Origin: Clostridiaceae bacterium
Lineage (GTDB): Bacteria > Bacillota > Clostridia > Saccharofermentanales > UBA5734
Direction: 5' to 3'
Length of the DNA stretch: 64,000 nt
Assembly: GCA_034927345.1 (NCBI GenBank)
Contig: JAYFQE010000002.1
Coordinates: 99,615-163,614 of the forward strand
Shown here one piece after another: positions 9,260 through 19,242 of the stretch (position 1 is its first letter; every line of letters begins with the position of its first letter). A program made the position numbers and the translations under genes. The notes under the pieces are model-generated. The model made no database searches, was not told the origin of the DNA, and saw only the letters and a program-made list of their open reading frames with translations.

Positions 9260-9439
9260 TTTAGCTGATTTTTCACGAATCAGCCAGTCAGACAACAGAT
9301 AAAGCAATAGGCAGCTGTCCGGTAAAAATGATATGATAGGGAAAAATGGGTCAGCAGTCTGTCCAGAAAGTCTGCCGGACCGCCGGACAAGCGGAAAACA
9401 GGCGGCAGACGATGATGGACTTAGCGGAGGATTATCACG

Positions 9440-11299
9440 ATGCAGGTCATTCTGATTGGACCAGATAAACAACAAATACTGGATATCATGCCTGATGAAA
9501 CGATCTTATCGGCATTACAGCGTTATAGCATCCCTGTCGCGGCGCCATGCGGCGGCAAGGGCACCTGCGGCAAATGCCGGGTGTCCGTCGACGGATTGGG
9601 GATGATATTGTCCTGCCAAATGCATTTGTCACCAGAAGTTTGGCGGCAAGCCGGCCTGACCAGCGATAAACCGCTGGTTGTCCGGCTCCCGGAACCGGTT
9701 CAGGCGCAGATCTCAACCGATGGACTGCTGCCGGCCATGACGTTAAATCCCTTGGTTTATAAAGGCCGCGCGGAAATGCCGGAACCGTCATTAACCGATC
9801 AACGCCCGGATGATCAGCGTTTTTATGATGCCGCCGGGAAAACGATACCCTATTCATTGCTGCCGCAGCTGCCTGCTGTAATGAGAAAATCCGGTTATAA
9901 ACCGTCCTATTATTTCCGCCGGGATACCGGCGCCATCGTTGCGTTTACCCATGAGAACCGGCCGGAACCCCTGGGTATGGCCATCGATATCGGGACGACA
10001 ACTTTAGCGGCCTATCTATGTGATCTGGGGCAGGGCATACGTCTGGCCAGCGCTTCGATGCTAAATCCGCAGAGCATATTTGGCGCCGATGTTATCAGCC
10101 GGATTGAACAGGCGGCCGGCGGACAGCAAAAAGCACTGCGTCAAACGATCGTCCGGGCGATCGGAGATCTGGCCGGCCGTCTGATCGACAAAGCCTGCCG
10201 GAAAACCGGTTTCAATTACCAGCGCGAAGATATTGCCCATCTGGTTCTGGCCGGCAATACGACTATGATACATCTCCTCGCCGGCTTTCCGGCCGACGCG
10301 ATCGCCAGATCGCCCTTTATACCGGTCAGTCTGCAAGCGTTGACCCTGACGGCCGCTGATCTGGAATTATCTTTGAATCCTCATGCTGTCTGTCAGCTGC
10401 TGCCTTCGATCGCCGGATATGTCGGCGCCGATATCACAGCCGGCATTCTGGCCTGTGGATTGAACCACCTGAACGACGATGGCGGGAAGCGGGCATCGCT
10501 CCTGCTCGATATCGGAACAAACGGCGAAATCGTTCTGTCCGGTCCTCAGGGCATGATTGCCTGTTCTACAGCCGCCGGTCCGGCTTTTGAAGGCGCCAAC
10601 ATCACGTGCGGTATGGGCGGCGTACAAGGAGCAATCGATCAGGTTGCCCTGACCGGAGATGATTTGACCTGGACCTTGATAGGCAGCGATCTGGACAAAG
10701 ATAATCCATCCGACTCGCAAACGCTGGCCAGAGGATTATGCGGCTCCGGTCTGGTTGCCGCCCTGGCGGTGTTGCTGGAAGCCGGTCTGGTTGATGAGAC
10801 CGGCCGGATAACCGATGAACCGGAAACCCTGCCTCCTTTACTGGGCAAACGGGTTTGCCAGATAGACGGCCAGGCTGCCGTCATTCTGGCTGAGGCCGCC
10901 AAGAGCGCCGCCGGCGAACCCATCTACCTGAGTCAGAAAGATATCAGGGAAGTGCAGAATGCCAAAGCTGCCATAGCGGCCGGTATCGCTCTTTTGATCG
11001 AGCAGGCCGGTTTGCGGCCGGAACAGATCGATCAGGTTTTTATAGCCGGCGGTTTCGGCAATTATCTTGATGTACGCCATGCTTTCCGCATCGGATTGCT
11101 GCCGGAAGCTTTGAACGGCAGAACTCGCGCCGTCGGCAATACAGCCGGAATGGGCGCTCTGTATTGCCTTCTGGATCAGGATGCTCTTAAAGAGGCGTCG
11201 GCGGCTGCCGAACAGGTCACCTATTATGAATTGTCGGCTGATCGCCGCTTTACCGATCTTTATATTGAAGCCATGCTTTTTCCGGAAGGCAATTTATGA
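9440..11299 (+). CDS. RACo-like ASKHA protein with N-terminal 2Fe-2S ferredoxin domain (putative corrinoid reductive activase, DUF4445 type)
   Basis: Plant-type ferredoxin Cys pattern CGGKGTCGKCRV...LSCQ. Central and C-terminal ASKHA signatures (GMAIDIGTTT, LLLDIGTNGE). 619 aa, as in reductive activators of corrinoid proteins. Confidence 0.8.
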   Translation: MQVILIGPDKQQILDIMPDETILSALQRYSIPVAAPCGGKGTCGKCRVSVDGLGMILSCQMHLSPEVWRQAGLTSDKPLVVRLPEPVQAQISTDGLLPAMTLNPLVYKGRAEMPEPSLTDQRPDDQRFYDAAGKTIPYSLLPQLPAVMRKSGYKPSYYFRRDTGAIVAFTHENRPEPLGMAIDIGTTTLAAYLCDLGQGIRLASASMLNPQSIFGADVISRIEQAAGGQQKALRQTIVRAIGDLAGRLIDKACRKTGFNYQREDIAHLVLAGNTTMIHLLAGFPADAIARSPFIPVSLQALTLTAADLELSLNPHAVCQLLPSIAGYVGADITAGILACGLNHLNDDGGKRASLLLDIGTNGEIVLSGPQGMIACSTAAGPAFEGANITCGMGGVQGAIDQVALTGDDLTWTLIGSDLDKDNPSDSQTLARGLCGSGLVAALAVLLEAGLVDETGRITDEPETLPPLLGKRVCQIDGQAAVILAEAAKSAAGEPIYLSQKDIREVQNAKAAIAAGIALLIEQAGLRPEQIDQVFIAGGFGNYLDVRHAFRIGLLPEALNGRTRAVGNTAGMGALYCLLDQDALKEASAAAEQVTYYELSADRRFTDLYIEAMLFPEGNL

Positions 11300-11940
11300 C
11301 CGAAGGTAAAGCGTATTTACGGAAGCTGATGAACCAGAAGCGTCAGGAATTGACGGCAGCGGAAAAAGATCAGGCTGCAGCCGGCCTGGCCGTTCATCTG
11401 GCCGCTTTTTTACGGCTGCGCTACGGCGGGACGCCGGAAACGCGGCGATTGCAGATTGCCGTCTATGCCGCTATCCGCAGCGAACTCGATCTGACGGAGT
11501 GCTGCAAGCTGCTGCGTCAATGGCAGGCGGACCTTTATTTCCCCGCTGTCTGCCGGGCTACCGGCGGCGATTATCTGGCTTTCGGCCGTTTGCCGGAGAA
11601 TCGGTCTCCGGCAGAATTTCTCCGCCCCGGCGCTTTTGGCGTACCGGAACCGCCGGCCGAGTCGCTGCTGTCCGAAACGCCGCGGCTGGATCTGCTTTTG
11701 ATCCCCGGCCTGGCTTTTGACCGCCGCGGCGGCCGGCTGGGATGGGGAAAGGCTTATTATGACCGGCTGCTTGCCGCGATGAAATCTTCGTCTCTGCGCG
11801 TCGGGATCGGTTATGCCTTTCAACTTTTGCCGACGTTGCTGCCTTGTGATGAACAGGATCAAAACATGGATGTCATCCTTACGCCGGACGGCTGGATCGA
11901 CGCTGATCCGTGCTTTTTACCGGAACAGTCCGGCCAATAA
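11296..11940 (+). CDS. 5-formyltetrahydrofolate cyclo-ligase
   Basis: Family signature LDLLLIPGLAFDRRGGRLGWGKAYYDRLL. Its ATG overlaps the RACo-like stop codon (ATGA at 11296-11299). Confidence 0.85.
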   Translation: MTEGKAYLRKLMNQKRQELTAAEKDQAAAGLAVHLAAFLRLRYGGTPETRRLQIAVYAAIRSELDLTECCKLLRQWQADLYFPAVCRATGGDYLAFGRLPENRSPAEFLRPGAFGVPEPPAESLLSETPRLDLLLIPGLAFDRRGGRLGWGKAYYDRLLAAMKSSSLRVGIGYAFQLLPTLLPCDEQDQNMDVILTPDGWIDADPCFLPEQSGQ

Positions 11941-12056
11941 GCAGAGAGCCGCCGGGTTTTGTCTTATTTTGTCGATTTGAAAAGATATTGACATCAGAAA
12001 AAGTATGGTAAAATAATCTTGATTACTTATTTATCTTGTCGAAGAGGGGTGAACCG

Positions 12057-12788
12057 ATGAAACTAACCGTTTTAGGCGCGTCAGGCGGCTTTCCGGCTGC
12101 AGGCGGAGCGACATCCGGCTATTTGCTGGAGTATGACGGCCGCCATATCCTGATCGACTGCGGCAGCGGCGTTTTATCGAATCTGTTCCGGTTCATCCGT
12201 CTGGAGCAATTGGACGCCGTCATCTTAACCCACCTGCACCAGGATCATATCAGCGATATGCAGGTGATGAAATACGCCATCGATCTGACCCGCAAGTACG
12301 GCGCTGATTTGCCGGCTCTGCCGGTCATCGCCCCGGCCACGCCGGAAGCGGTAGCCGCAAGTCTGCAAAGCGACGGGGATCTGATTATCGGTCAGATCAA
12401 CGCCGGCAGCGAAATGAATATGTACGGCGCCCAGGTCCGTTTCTTTGCCATGGATCATCCGGTTGAAACATATGGCATCGCTGTGGATTATGAAGGAAAG
12501 CGTCTGGCGATGACCGCCGATTCGGTTCCCTGCCCTTCCATGCAGATCCTGCTGCAGGATGCCGATCTGGCTGTGATGGACGCCGGATCCATCGAACGGC
12601 TGCGCAAGCCAAAAATGATGCACATGACTGCGGCGGAGTGCGGCGCTTTGGCACGGGCCTGTCAGGTCCGCACGCTTCTTCTGGCTCATCTGCTGCCGCT
12701 GATTGATCCTCAGGAGGTCCTGGAGGAAGCCAGAAGCCAGTTCCCTGCCGCAGAGCTGGCCAGACCCCTGGTGGTCTACGATATTTGA
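12057..12788 (+). CDS. MBL-fold metallo-hydrolase
   Basis: HxHxDH motif (LTHLHQDHISD). MKLTVLGASGGFPA N-terminus typical of the family. Confidence 0.8.
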   Translation: MKLTVLGASGGFPAAGGATSGYLLEYDGRHILIDCGSGVLSNLFRFIRLEQLDAVILTHLHQDHISDMQVMKYAIDLTRKYGADLPALPVIAPATPEAVAASLQSDGDLIIGQINAGSEMNMYGAQVRFFAMDHPVETYGIAVDYEGKRLAMTADSVPCPSMQILLQDADLAVMDAGSIERLRKPKMMHMTAAECGALARACQVRTLLLAHLLPLIDPQEVLEEARSQFPAAELARPLVVYDI

Positions 12789-12909
12789 TTGATACGAAGC
12801 AGTAACAGATGATGATCATCATGAACCCCAATGCTTGAACCCGGACACGGATCAGCAGCAAAAGGCAGATCCGCGATCCTGTGTGTCAAGGATATAGAAA
12901 GGAAAAATC

Positions 12910-13197
12910 ATGCAGCAACCAAACAAACAGACAGCCGTCATCACGGTCGTCGGCCATGACCAGGTCGGTATTATCGCTGCCGTGGCCACTTTACTCGCCG
13001 ATGCCCAGGTTAATATCAACGATATATCCCAGACGATCCTCCAGGATATCTTTACAATGATCATGCTGGTCGATGTCAGCGCGATGACGATAGGCCTGAC
13101 GGAACTCGGCTGCCGCCTGGATCAGATCGGCGGCAATCTGGGCATCTCCATCCGCGTCCAGCATTCGGATGTTTTTGATGCTATGCATCGGATCTGA
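12910..13197 (+). CDS. ACT domain protein (UPF0237 type)
   Basis: 95 aa with AVITVVGHDQVGIIAAVATLLA, an ACT fold signature. Sits in the conserved pairing with the UPF0210 gene that follows. Confidence 0.8.
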   Translation: MQQPNKQTAVITVVGHDQVGIIAAVATLLADAQVNINDISQTILQDIFTMIMLVDVSAMTIGLTELGCRLDQIGGNLGISIRVQHSDVFDAMHRI

Positions 13198-13207
13198 GGG
13201 TTAAAGC

Positions 13208-14566
13208 ATGTTTAATGAGTTTGATATATTGGAAACAATCCGCATGTTTCAAGAGCAGCATCTCGACGTGCGAACGATTACTCTGGGCATATCCCTGTTC
13301 GACTGCGCTACATCCAGCAGCGCGGAAACCTGCCGGCGCATTTATGACAAGATCTGCCGTAAAGCGGCGAATCTGGTCCGGGTAGGGGAACAGATCAGCG
13401 CCGAATATGGCATACCGATCATTCACAAGCGAATATCTGTCACTCCGGTGTCCCTGATTGCCGCGGCGGGTGAAACAGCAGATTATACCTGTTATGCCCG
13501 GGCGCTTGATCAGGCTGCCAAAACGGTTGGCGTCAATTTTATCGGCGGGTTTTCCGCTTTGGTGCAAAAAGGATATACGGAAAGCGACCGCCGCTTGCTG
13601 GCTGCGATACCCCAGGCGCTGGCTGAAACCGATCTGGTTTGTTCTTCGGTCAATGTCGCTACCAGCCGGACCGGCATCAATATGGACGCCGTACGCGAAA
13701 TGGGCGAGATCATCCTGCGCACCGCCCGGCTGACGGCGGACCGCGACGCCCTGGGCTGCTGCAAATTGGTTGTATTTGCCAACGCGCCGGAAGATAATCC
13801 TTTTATGGCCGGCGCTTTCACCGGCCCCGGCGAACCGGAATGCGTCATCAATGTCGGCGTCAGCGGTCCCGGCGTTGTGAAACACGCGCTGGAGTCGGTA
13901 AGGGGAGAGAATCTGGGTGTGGTAGCCGAAACCATCAAGAAAGCGGCGTTCAAAATAACCCGGGTCGGTCAGCTGGTCGCGCAGGAGGCATCGCGCCGCC
14001 TGGATGTGCCGTTCGGCATCATCGACCTTTCTTTGGCTCCGACTCCGGTGGTCGGCGATTCGGTCGCCCGGATCCTGGAGGAAATGGGCCTGGAGACCTG
14101 CGGCGCGTGGGGGACAACCGCAGCCCTGGCCATGTTGAATGACGCCGTGAAAAAGGGCGGTACGATGGCTTCATCATTTGTCGGCGGTTTGAGCGGCGCT
14201 TTCATTCCGGTCAGCGAAGATGAGGGGATGATTGCGGCTGTGGAAAAGGGCTGCCTGACTTTGGAAAAGCTGGAAGCCATGACTTGTGTCTGCTCGGTGG
14301 GCATCGATATGGTCGCCATACCGGGCGATGTACCGGCCGGCACAATCGCCGGCATCATTGCCGACGAAATGGCGATCGGTACTTTTAACAACAAAACAAC
14401 GGCTGTTCGCCTGATCCCTGTGCCGGGCAAAACAGTCGGCGATTCAGTCCATTATGGCGGCCTGCTGGGTTCGGCGCCGATTCTTGCGGTCAATACTGCT
14501 TCATCGGATGCTTTTATCGCCAGAGGCGGGCGTATACCGGCGCCTATACATAGTATGAGGAATTGA
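13208..14566 (+). CDS. UPF0210 / PFL-like family protein (DUF711)
   Basis: 452 aa with [24 protein letters not shown] at the N-terminus. The partner of the ACT protein in many Firmicutes. Confidence 0.85.
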   Translation: MFNEFDILETIRMFQEQHLDVRTITLGISLFDCATSSSAETCRRIYDKICRKAANLVRVGEQISAEYGIPIIHKRISVTPVSLIAAAGETADYTCYARALDQAAKTVGVNFIGGFSALVQKGYTESDRRLLAAIPQALAETDLVCSSVNVATSRTGINMDAVREMGEIILRTARLTADRDALGCCKLVVFANAPEDNPFMAGAFTGPGEPECVINVGVSGPGVVKHALESVRGENLGVVAETIKKAAFKITRVGQLVAQEASRRLDVPFGIIDLSLAPTPVVGDSVARILEEMGLETCGAWGTTAALAMLNDAVKKGGTMASSFVGGLSGAFIPVSEDEGMIAAVEKGCLTLEKLEAMTCVCSVGIDMVAIPGDVPAGTIAGIIADEMAIGTFNNKTTAVRLIPVPGKTVGDSVHYGGLLGSAPILAVNTASSDAFIARGGRIPAPIHSMRN

Positions 14567-14573
14567 ACGTAGC

Positions 14574-16346
14574 ATGAAAGCCGATTTCGATTGGAGCGCT
14601 ATTCTGGAGGATGAGCAGGCCATTCTCGGCATTTTGCTTGGCGATCTGCCGATGCCCGAATTGTCTACTGATGCAGACAGCCTGGAAAACCGCCTGCTGC
14701 AAATGCTTCAAACCATCTATATGATGATGCAGGGCGAATTTGATGCCGCCGAAACATTTATCGCGGATTCAAACCAGGATCAGCAGCCTTTGGTTTGCTA
14801 TAAATTACTGGCCATCTGGCTGGATGCGGAAACTAATAATCCCCGTCAGGCTTATGAGGAACTCAATACCTGGATGCGCCGCCGGCAAACCCTTCATCAG
14901 AGCAAACGCAGCCGTAAAGAAGACAGCCATCGCATTTATAAGCTGGACGATCGGCTGGCCGGCCGCTGGGCTCCGGTTTTACGGCTCTATCTGACCACTC
15001 TTCTGGATGAATGGACACCGGCGATTATCGCCCGTTATAACCGGGACCGCAGAACTGCCGCGGCGGCCGGCACCGGCGATTATGTGCTCCAGATGATGGA
15101 TCTGATGCTGCACATGGCCAAAGCCCGGCAGAAACGCAATCTTGAAGAAGTCCTGGTCATAACCGAGGCATGGAATCGCCTATGCGAAGCTTACCCGGCT
15201 TATGGCAACAATGGGGAATATATGCTGGATGCCGTTATCGGGCTGGAATCCGATAATCGTTTACCGGAAGCCATGAACTGGATCGAACGATCCCTGGATT
15301 TGAATCCCAATCAATATGACATGCTGCTCGTGAAAGCCAGGATCCTGAAAAGAAACGGCGACACAAATGCCAGCCTAAAAGTCTGCGATGAATTGATCCG
15401 GCGTTATCCCGATGATTTCTCCGGTTATTGCCTGCGATCCAACGCCTACTTTTTACTCGGACGTTATGATCTGGCTATGAAAGACGCAGCTCAAGCCTGC
15501 GAAGTGGCGCCGGATAATCCGAACAGCTTCATGGCCAGGGCTTTTGTCCATATGCAGCTCAATCATTATGAAACGGCATTACAGGATTTTGAACAGACTC
15601 TGCAGCGGGATCCGAATTGTTACGATGCTTTGCGCGGCAAAGGGAAGTGCCTGTCTATGCTGGGCTGCGACTTTGAAGCCCTGGCTAGTTTCAACGCGCT
15701 GCGGCGCACTTACCCGGACGATCCGGATCTGTATTACGAACTAGCCGACGTGCTGTTTTCTGCCGGATATCTGGAAGAATGTGAAAAGGTCTGCCAAAAA
15801 TGCCTGAAACTGGATGACACTTATGTCAGCGCTTATGTCATCCTGGGCATGATAGCGATCCGCCGCGACGAAGACGATCTGGCGCACGGTCTGCTGACCC
15901 GGGCTGTTAAACTGGAACCCGACAATCCTTTTGCGCTCAACGAACTGGCTTACCTGATTCATCTTGAAGGCGACGATGATGCGGCGCTGGAACTGGTTAA
16001 CCGGGCTTTATCCGAATCGGAGGATTATGCCGACGCGATTTGCAACAAAGGCGTCATTCTCTATTACCGCAGTGAATTTGAACAGGCCGCGGCGGCGTTT
16101 GATCAGACACTGAAATTGATGCCGGACCATGTTTCGGCGTGGATCGGCCGCGGCAATACTCTGACGCAGTTATGTGATTTCGATGAAGCCCAGCGTTGTT
16201 ATGATAAAGCGCTGCAGCTTGATCCGGACAGCGCGGATGCCTGTCATGGCAAAGCCGTTTTATACCGTATGCTCGGTTTGGACGATGAAGTCCGCAAATG
16301 GCAGGAACGCGCCCTGTTATTGGATCCGGATATCGAAGACGAATAA
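14574..16346 (+). CDS. tetratricopeptide-repeat protein
   Basis: About 10 TPR-like units over the C-terminal ~360 aa (e.g. AYFLLGRYDLAMKDAAQACEVAPDNP, ALQDFEQTLQRDPNCYDA). The N-terminal ~230 aa has no motif I recognise. Starts 7 nt after the UPF0210 gene. Confidence 0.8.
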   Translation: MKADFDWSAILEDEQAILGILLGDLPMPELSTDADSLENRLLQMLQTIYMMMQGEFDAAETFIADSNQDQQPLVCYKLLAIWLDAETNNPRQAYEELNTWMRRRQTLHQSKRSRKEDSHRIYKLDDRLAGRWAPVLRLYLTTLLDEWTPAIIARYNRDRRTAAAAGTGDYVLQMMDLMLHMAKARQKRNLEEVLVITEAWNRLCEAYPAYGNNGEYMLDAVIGLESDNRLPEAMNWIERSLDLNPNQYDMLLVKARILKRNGDTNASLKVCDELIRRYPDDFSGYCLRSNAYFLLGRYDLAMKDAAQACEVAPDNPNSFMARAFVHMQLNHYETALQDFEQTLQRDPNCYDALRGKGKCLSMLGCDFEALASFNALRRTYPDDPDLYYELADVLFSAGYLEECEKVCQKCLKLDDTYVSAYVILGMIAIRRDEDDLAHGLLTRAVKLEPDNPFALNELAYLIHLEGDDDAALELVNRALSESEDYADAICNKGVILYYRSEFEQAAAAFDQTLKLMPDHVSAWIGRGNTLTQLCDFDEAQRCYDKALQLDPDSADACHGKAVLYRMLGLDDEVRKWQERALLLDPDIEDE

Positions 16347-16391
16347 AAATATAGCCCGGTTCCCAAAGCAGTCTGGACCGGGCTATATTTT
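16346..16391. terminator. bidirectional intrinsic terminator between the TPR gene and argH
   Basis: Perfect 15-bp inverted repeat AAAATATAGCCCGGT / ACCGGGCTATATTTT with a 16-nt loop. The A-run and T-run allow function on both strands. Confidence 0.7.
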
Positions 16392-16424
16392 ATATGATGC
16401 CTGATTGCCGGATTTATGCCGGAT

Positions 16425-17801
16425 TTAATGAAAACGGGCTTCAGCTTGGCCGATAGCCGTCAGAACAGCTTCCGGAGCCGGAGCTCCCGGGATCTGCCGC
16501 CTGCCGACACAGGCTTCCAGGCTGATCGCTTCATATAGATCGGCCTCGATCAACGGTGAAAAGCGTTTAAATTCATCAAGCGACAAATCCTTCAGCGCAC
16601 AACCCCGGTCGATGCAATAACGGACCAATTTACCGGAAACTTCATGGGCGCTGCGGAAGGGCAGACCTCGGCAGACCAGATAATCGGCCAGATCTGTCGC
16701 GTTGGTGAAACCGCCGGCTGCTGCCTGAACCATCCGCTCCGGACGGACGGTCATGGTGGAGAGGAGGCCGGTTAATGCCGGCAAACACAGTAAAACCGTG
16801 TCTACAGCGTCAAATATAGCTTCCTTGTCTTCCTGCATGTCTTTATTATAGGCCAGCGGCAATCCTTTCATAACGGTCAGAAGGGTTGTCAGCGAGCCGA
16901 AAACCCGGCCGGCTTTGCCGCGGGACAGCTCGGCGACATCCGGATTCTTTTTTTGCGGCATAATGCTGCTGCCGGTGCTGAAGGCATCATCCAGTTCAAC
17001 GAAAGCGAATTCCTGGCTGGACCAGAGGATCAGCTCTTCGCTCAGGCGGGAAACGTGGACCATGAACAGAGAGAGCGCAGAAGCCAGCTCGATAGCAAAA
17101 TCGCGGTCGGAAACCCCGTCCAGGCTGTTGGCGCTGATGGCGGCGAACCCCAGATCACGGGCAACTTTTTCCCGGTCGAGCGGATAAGTTGTGCCGGCCA
17201 GAGCGCCCGATCCCAGCGGCATGACGTCCATACGCCGGACACAGTCGTCGAGCCGGCCGATATCGCGGGCCAGCATCTCCACATAAGCCATCAGGTGGTG
17301 GGCCAGCGTTATCGGCTGAGCCCGCTGCAGGTGGGTATATCCGGGCATGATCGTATGCAGGTGCTGGCGGGCCAGCCCGATCAGCGTCCGATAAAGTTTC
17401 AGATAACCTTGCCGGATCTCGGCACAGGCATCTTTCAGATAGAGGCGCAGATCCAAAGCAACCTGGTCATTGCGGCTGCGTCCGGTATGCAGGCGCTTGC
17501 CGGCGTCGCCGATGCGTCGGGTCAGCTCGGTCTCGACAAACATGTGGATATCTTCGGCTTCCGGATCGATTTGCAGCAGGCCGGTCTCCAGATCGCCGAG
17601 GATGCCGGTCAGACCGTCGCAGATCGCCTGGCCGTCTTCCCGCGAAATGATGCCCTGAGCAGCGAGCATAGCCGCATGCGCCATACTGCCGCGGATGTCC
17701 TGCCGAAACATCCGGGCATCGAAACGGATTGAAGAATTATAGGCGTTGACTTGACTGTCGGTTGCTTTACAGAACCGGCCGTCCCATAATTGATGGGCCA
17801 T
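16425..17801 (-). CDS. argH: argininosuccinate lyase
   Basis: Fumarate-lyase signature GSSIMPQKKNPD. 458 aa, with a WDGRF N-terminus. Confidence 0.95.
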   Translation of the reverse strand: MAHQLWDGRFCKATDSQVNAYNSSIRFDARMFRQDIRGSMAHAAMLAAQGIISREDGQAICDGLTGILGDLETGLLQIDPEAEDIHMFVETELTRRIGDAGKRLHTGRSRNDQVALDLRLYLKDACAEIRQGYLKLYRTLIGLARQHLHTIMPGYTHLQRAQPITLAHHLMAYVEMLARDIGRLDDCVRRMDVMPLGSGALAGTTYPLDREKVARDLGFAAISANSLDGVSDRDFAIELASALSLFMVHVSRLSEELILWSSQEFAFVELDDAFSTGSSIMPQKKNPDVAELSRGKAGRVFGSLTTLLTVMKGLPLAYNKDMQEDKEAIFDAVDTVLLCLPALTGLLSTMTVRPERMVQAAAGGFTNATDLADYLVCRGLPFRSAHEVSGKLVRYCIDRGCALKDLSLDEFKRFSPLIEADLYEAISLEACVGRRQIPGAPAPEAVLTAIGQAEARFH

Positions 17802-17810
17802 GAATCCTCC

Positions 17811-19028
17811 TCAGCAAAGCTGGCCGTTGCGTTTTTTCATCTGAGCCACAACCTTCATCGGGAGACCGAAGCAGTTGATGAAACCGCCGGCATCAGCCTG
17901 ATTGTAAACGTCATCTTCGCCAAAAGTAGACAGCGCTTCCTGATAAAGCGAGAACGGCGATGTCGTTCCGGCCGGCTGGATGTTGCCCTTATAGAGCTTT
18001 AACCGTACGGAGCCGGTTACGTTTTTCTGGGTCTGGTCGACAAAAGCGGCCAATGCTTCGCGCAGCGGATGGAACCACTGGCCGAAGTAAACCAATTCGG
18101 CATAACGCAGCGCGACTTGATCTTTGTAGTGCAAGGTGTCGCGGTCCAGGCACAAAAGCTCCAGTTCGCGATGCGCGGCATACATTAAAGTGCCGCCCGG
18201 CGTTTCATAGACGCCGCGCGATTTCATGCCGACCAGACGGTTTTCTACCAGATCAACTAAACCGACGCCGTTGGCGCCCGCCAATTCATTCAGTTTCTTC
18301 AGCAAATCCACCGGCGGCAGCGCTATGCCGTCGACCTTGACCGGAATGCCGTCTTGAAAATCGATCGTAACATAAGTCGGTTTATCCGGCGCTTTTTCCG
18401 GTGAAACCATGAGCTCGAGGATTTTATCATATTGCGGTTCGTTGGCCGGATCCTCAAGGTCCATGCCTTCATGGCTCAGGTGCCAGAGGTTCTTATCCAT
18501 GGAATAATTGGCTTCTTTGGTTACCGGAACCGGGATATTGCGCGCCTGGGCATAGTCGATTTCCTCGTCGCGGGATTTTATATCCCAGATGCGCCAGGGC
18601 GCGATAATCTTCAGCTCCGGCGCCAGCGCCTTGACGGTCAATTCAAAGCGGACCTGGTCGTTGCCCTTGCCGGTGCAACCGTGCGCTACGGCCGTGCAGC
18701 CTTCGCGGCGGGCGATCTCAACCATGCGTTTGGCAATGATCGGCCGGGCAAATGATGTGCCCAGAAGGTATTTCCCCTCATAGACAGCGCCGGCCTTCAG
18801 CGTCGGATAAATATAGTCCGTGATAAATTCTTCGGCGATGTCTTCAATGAAACAGGCGCTGGCGCCGCATTTCAAAGCTTTGGCGCGCAGGGCTTCGTGA
18901 TCCAGGCCAATGCCGACTTCGCCGGCCATGGCGACCACTTCACAATCGTAGTGTTCCAGAAGCCAGGGAATGATGATCGATGTATCCAGGCCGCCGGAAT
19001 AAGCCAGCAAGATTTTTTCATGTGCCAT
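17811..19028 (-). CDS. argG: argininosuccinate synthase
   Basis: [12 protein letters not shown]-pyrophosphatase motif and [13 protein letters not shown]. 405 aa. Confidence 0.96.
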   Translation of the reverse strand: MAHEKILLAYSGGLDTSIIIPWLLEHYDCEVVAMAGEVGIGLDHEALRAKALKCGASACFIEDIAEEFITDYIYPTLKAGAVYEGKYLLGTSFARPIIAKRMVEIARREGCTAVAHGCTGKGNDQVRFELTVKALAPELKIIAPWRIWDIKSRDEEIDYAQARNIPVPVTKEANYSMDKNLWHLSHEGMDLEDPANEPQYDKILELMVSPEKAPDKPTYVTIDFQDGIPVKVDGIALPPVDLLKKLNELAGANGVGLVDLVENRLVGMKSRGVYETPGGTLMYAAHRELELLCLDRDTLHYKDQVALRYAELVYFGQWFHPLREALAAFVDQTQKNVTGSVRLKLYKGNIQPAGTTSPFSLYQEALSTFGEDDVYNQADAGGFINCFGLPMKVVAQMKKRNGQLC

Positions 19029-19049
19029 ATAAAACCTCCAAATGACTAT

Positions 19050-19070
19050 TTATGCATTGTTTCTGCATAA
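19050..19070. promoter_or_regulatory. candidate ArgR-type operator (palindrome in the argG leader)
   Basis: TTATGCA-N7-TGCATAA perfect inverted repeat, 22 nt upstream of the argG start codon. A related AT-rich box, ATGCATAAATATTTAC, lies at 19157-19172 just upstream of the -35. The assignment to ArgR is by analogy only. Confidence 0.3.
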
Positions 19071-19117
19071 TTATCGAACATGCCATGCGGTGTTCGATTG
19101 ATCATATTTTACGCAAT

Positions 19118-19147
19118 ATTATATCTTGTTACCTTCCTGATTGTCAA
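19118..19147 (-). promoter_or_regulatory. sigma-A type promoter for argG-argH
   Basis: On the minus strand: TTGACA (19147-19142), 18-nt spacer, TATAAT (19123-19118). Confidence 0.55.
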
Positions 19148-19194
19148 AGGAGCAGGATGCATAAATATTTACTGGTGTACGTCCTTTTGATTCA

Positions 19195-19203
19195 TGTTAT
19201 AAT
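19195..19203 (+). promoter_or_regulatory. extended -10 promoter element upstream of the class IV aminotransferase gene
   Basis: TGtTATAAT at 19195-19203. No good -35. Confidence 0.4.
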
Positions 19204-19242
19204 AATATATCATGCTTTTTGCATGTGAAGGAGGCTTGCCTG

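Noticed and set aside
9341-9439. Structured ~90-nt leader upstream of the RACo-like gene, considered as a possible THF or cobalamin riboswitch.
   Set aside because: There are nested hairpins (GTCTGCCG / CGGCAGAC), but I cannot match the conserved cores of THF, THF-II or cobalamin riboswitches. No terminator or clear SD-sequestering helix is present. It is mentioned only inside the RACo finding.
12789-12909. 120-nt gap before the ACT-domain gene, considered as a riboswitch candidate.
   Set aside because: Only weak, imperfect pairing (GACACGGATC ... GATCCTGTGTGTC). I recognise no conserved motif and there is no terminator.
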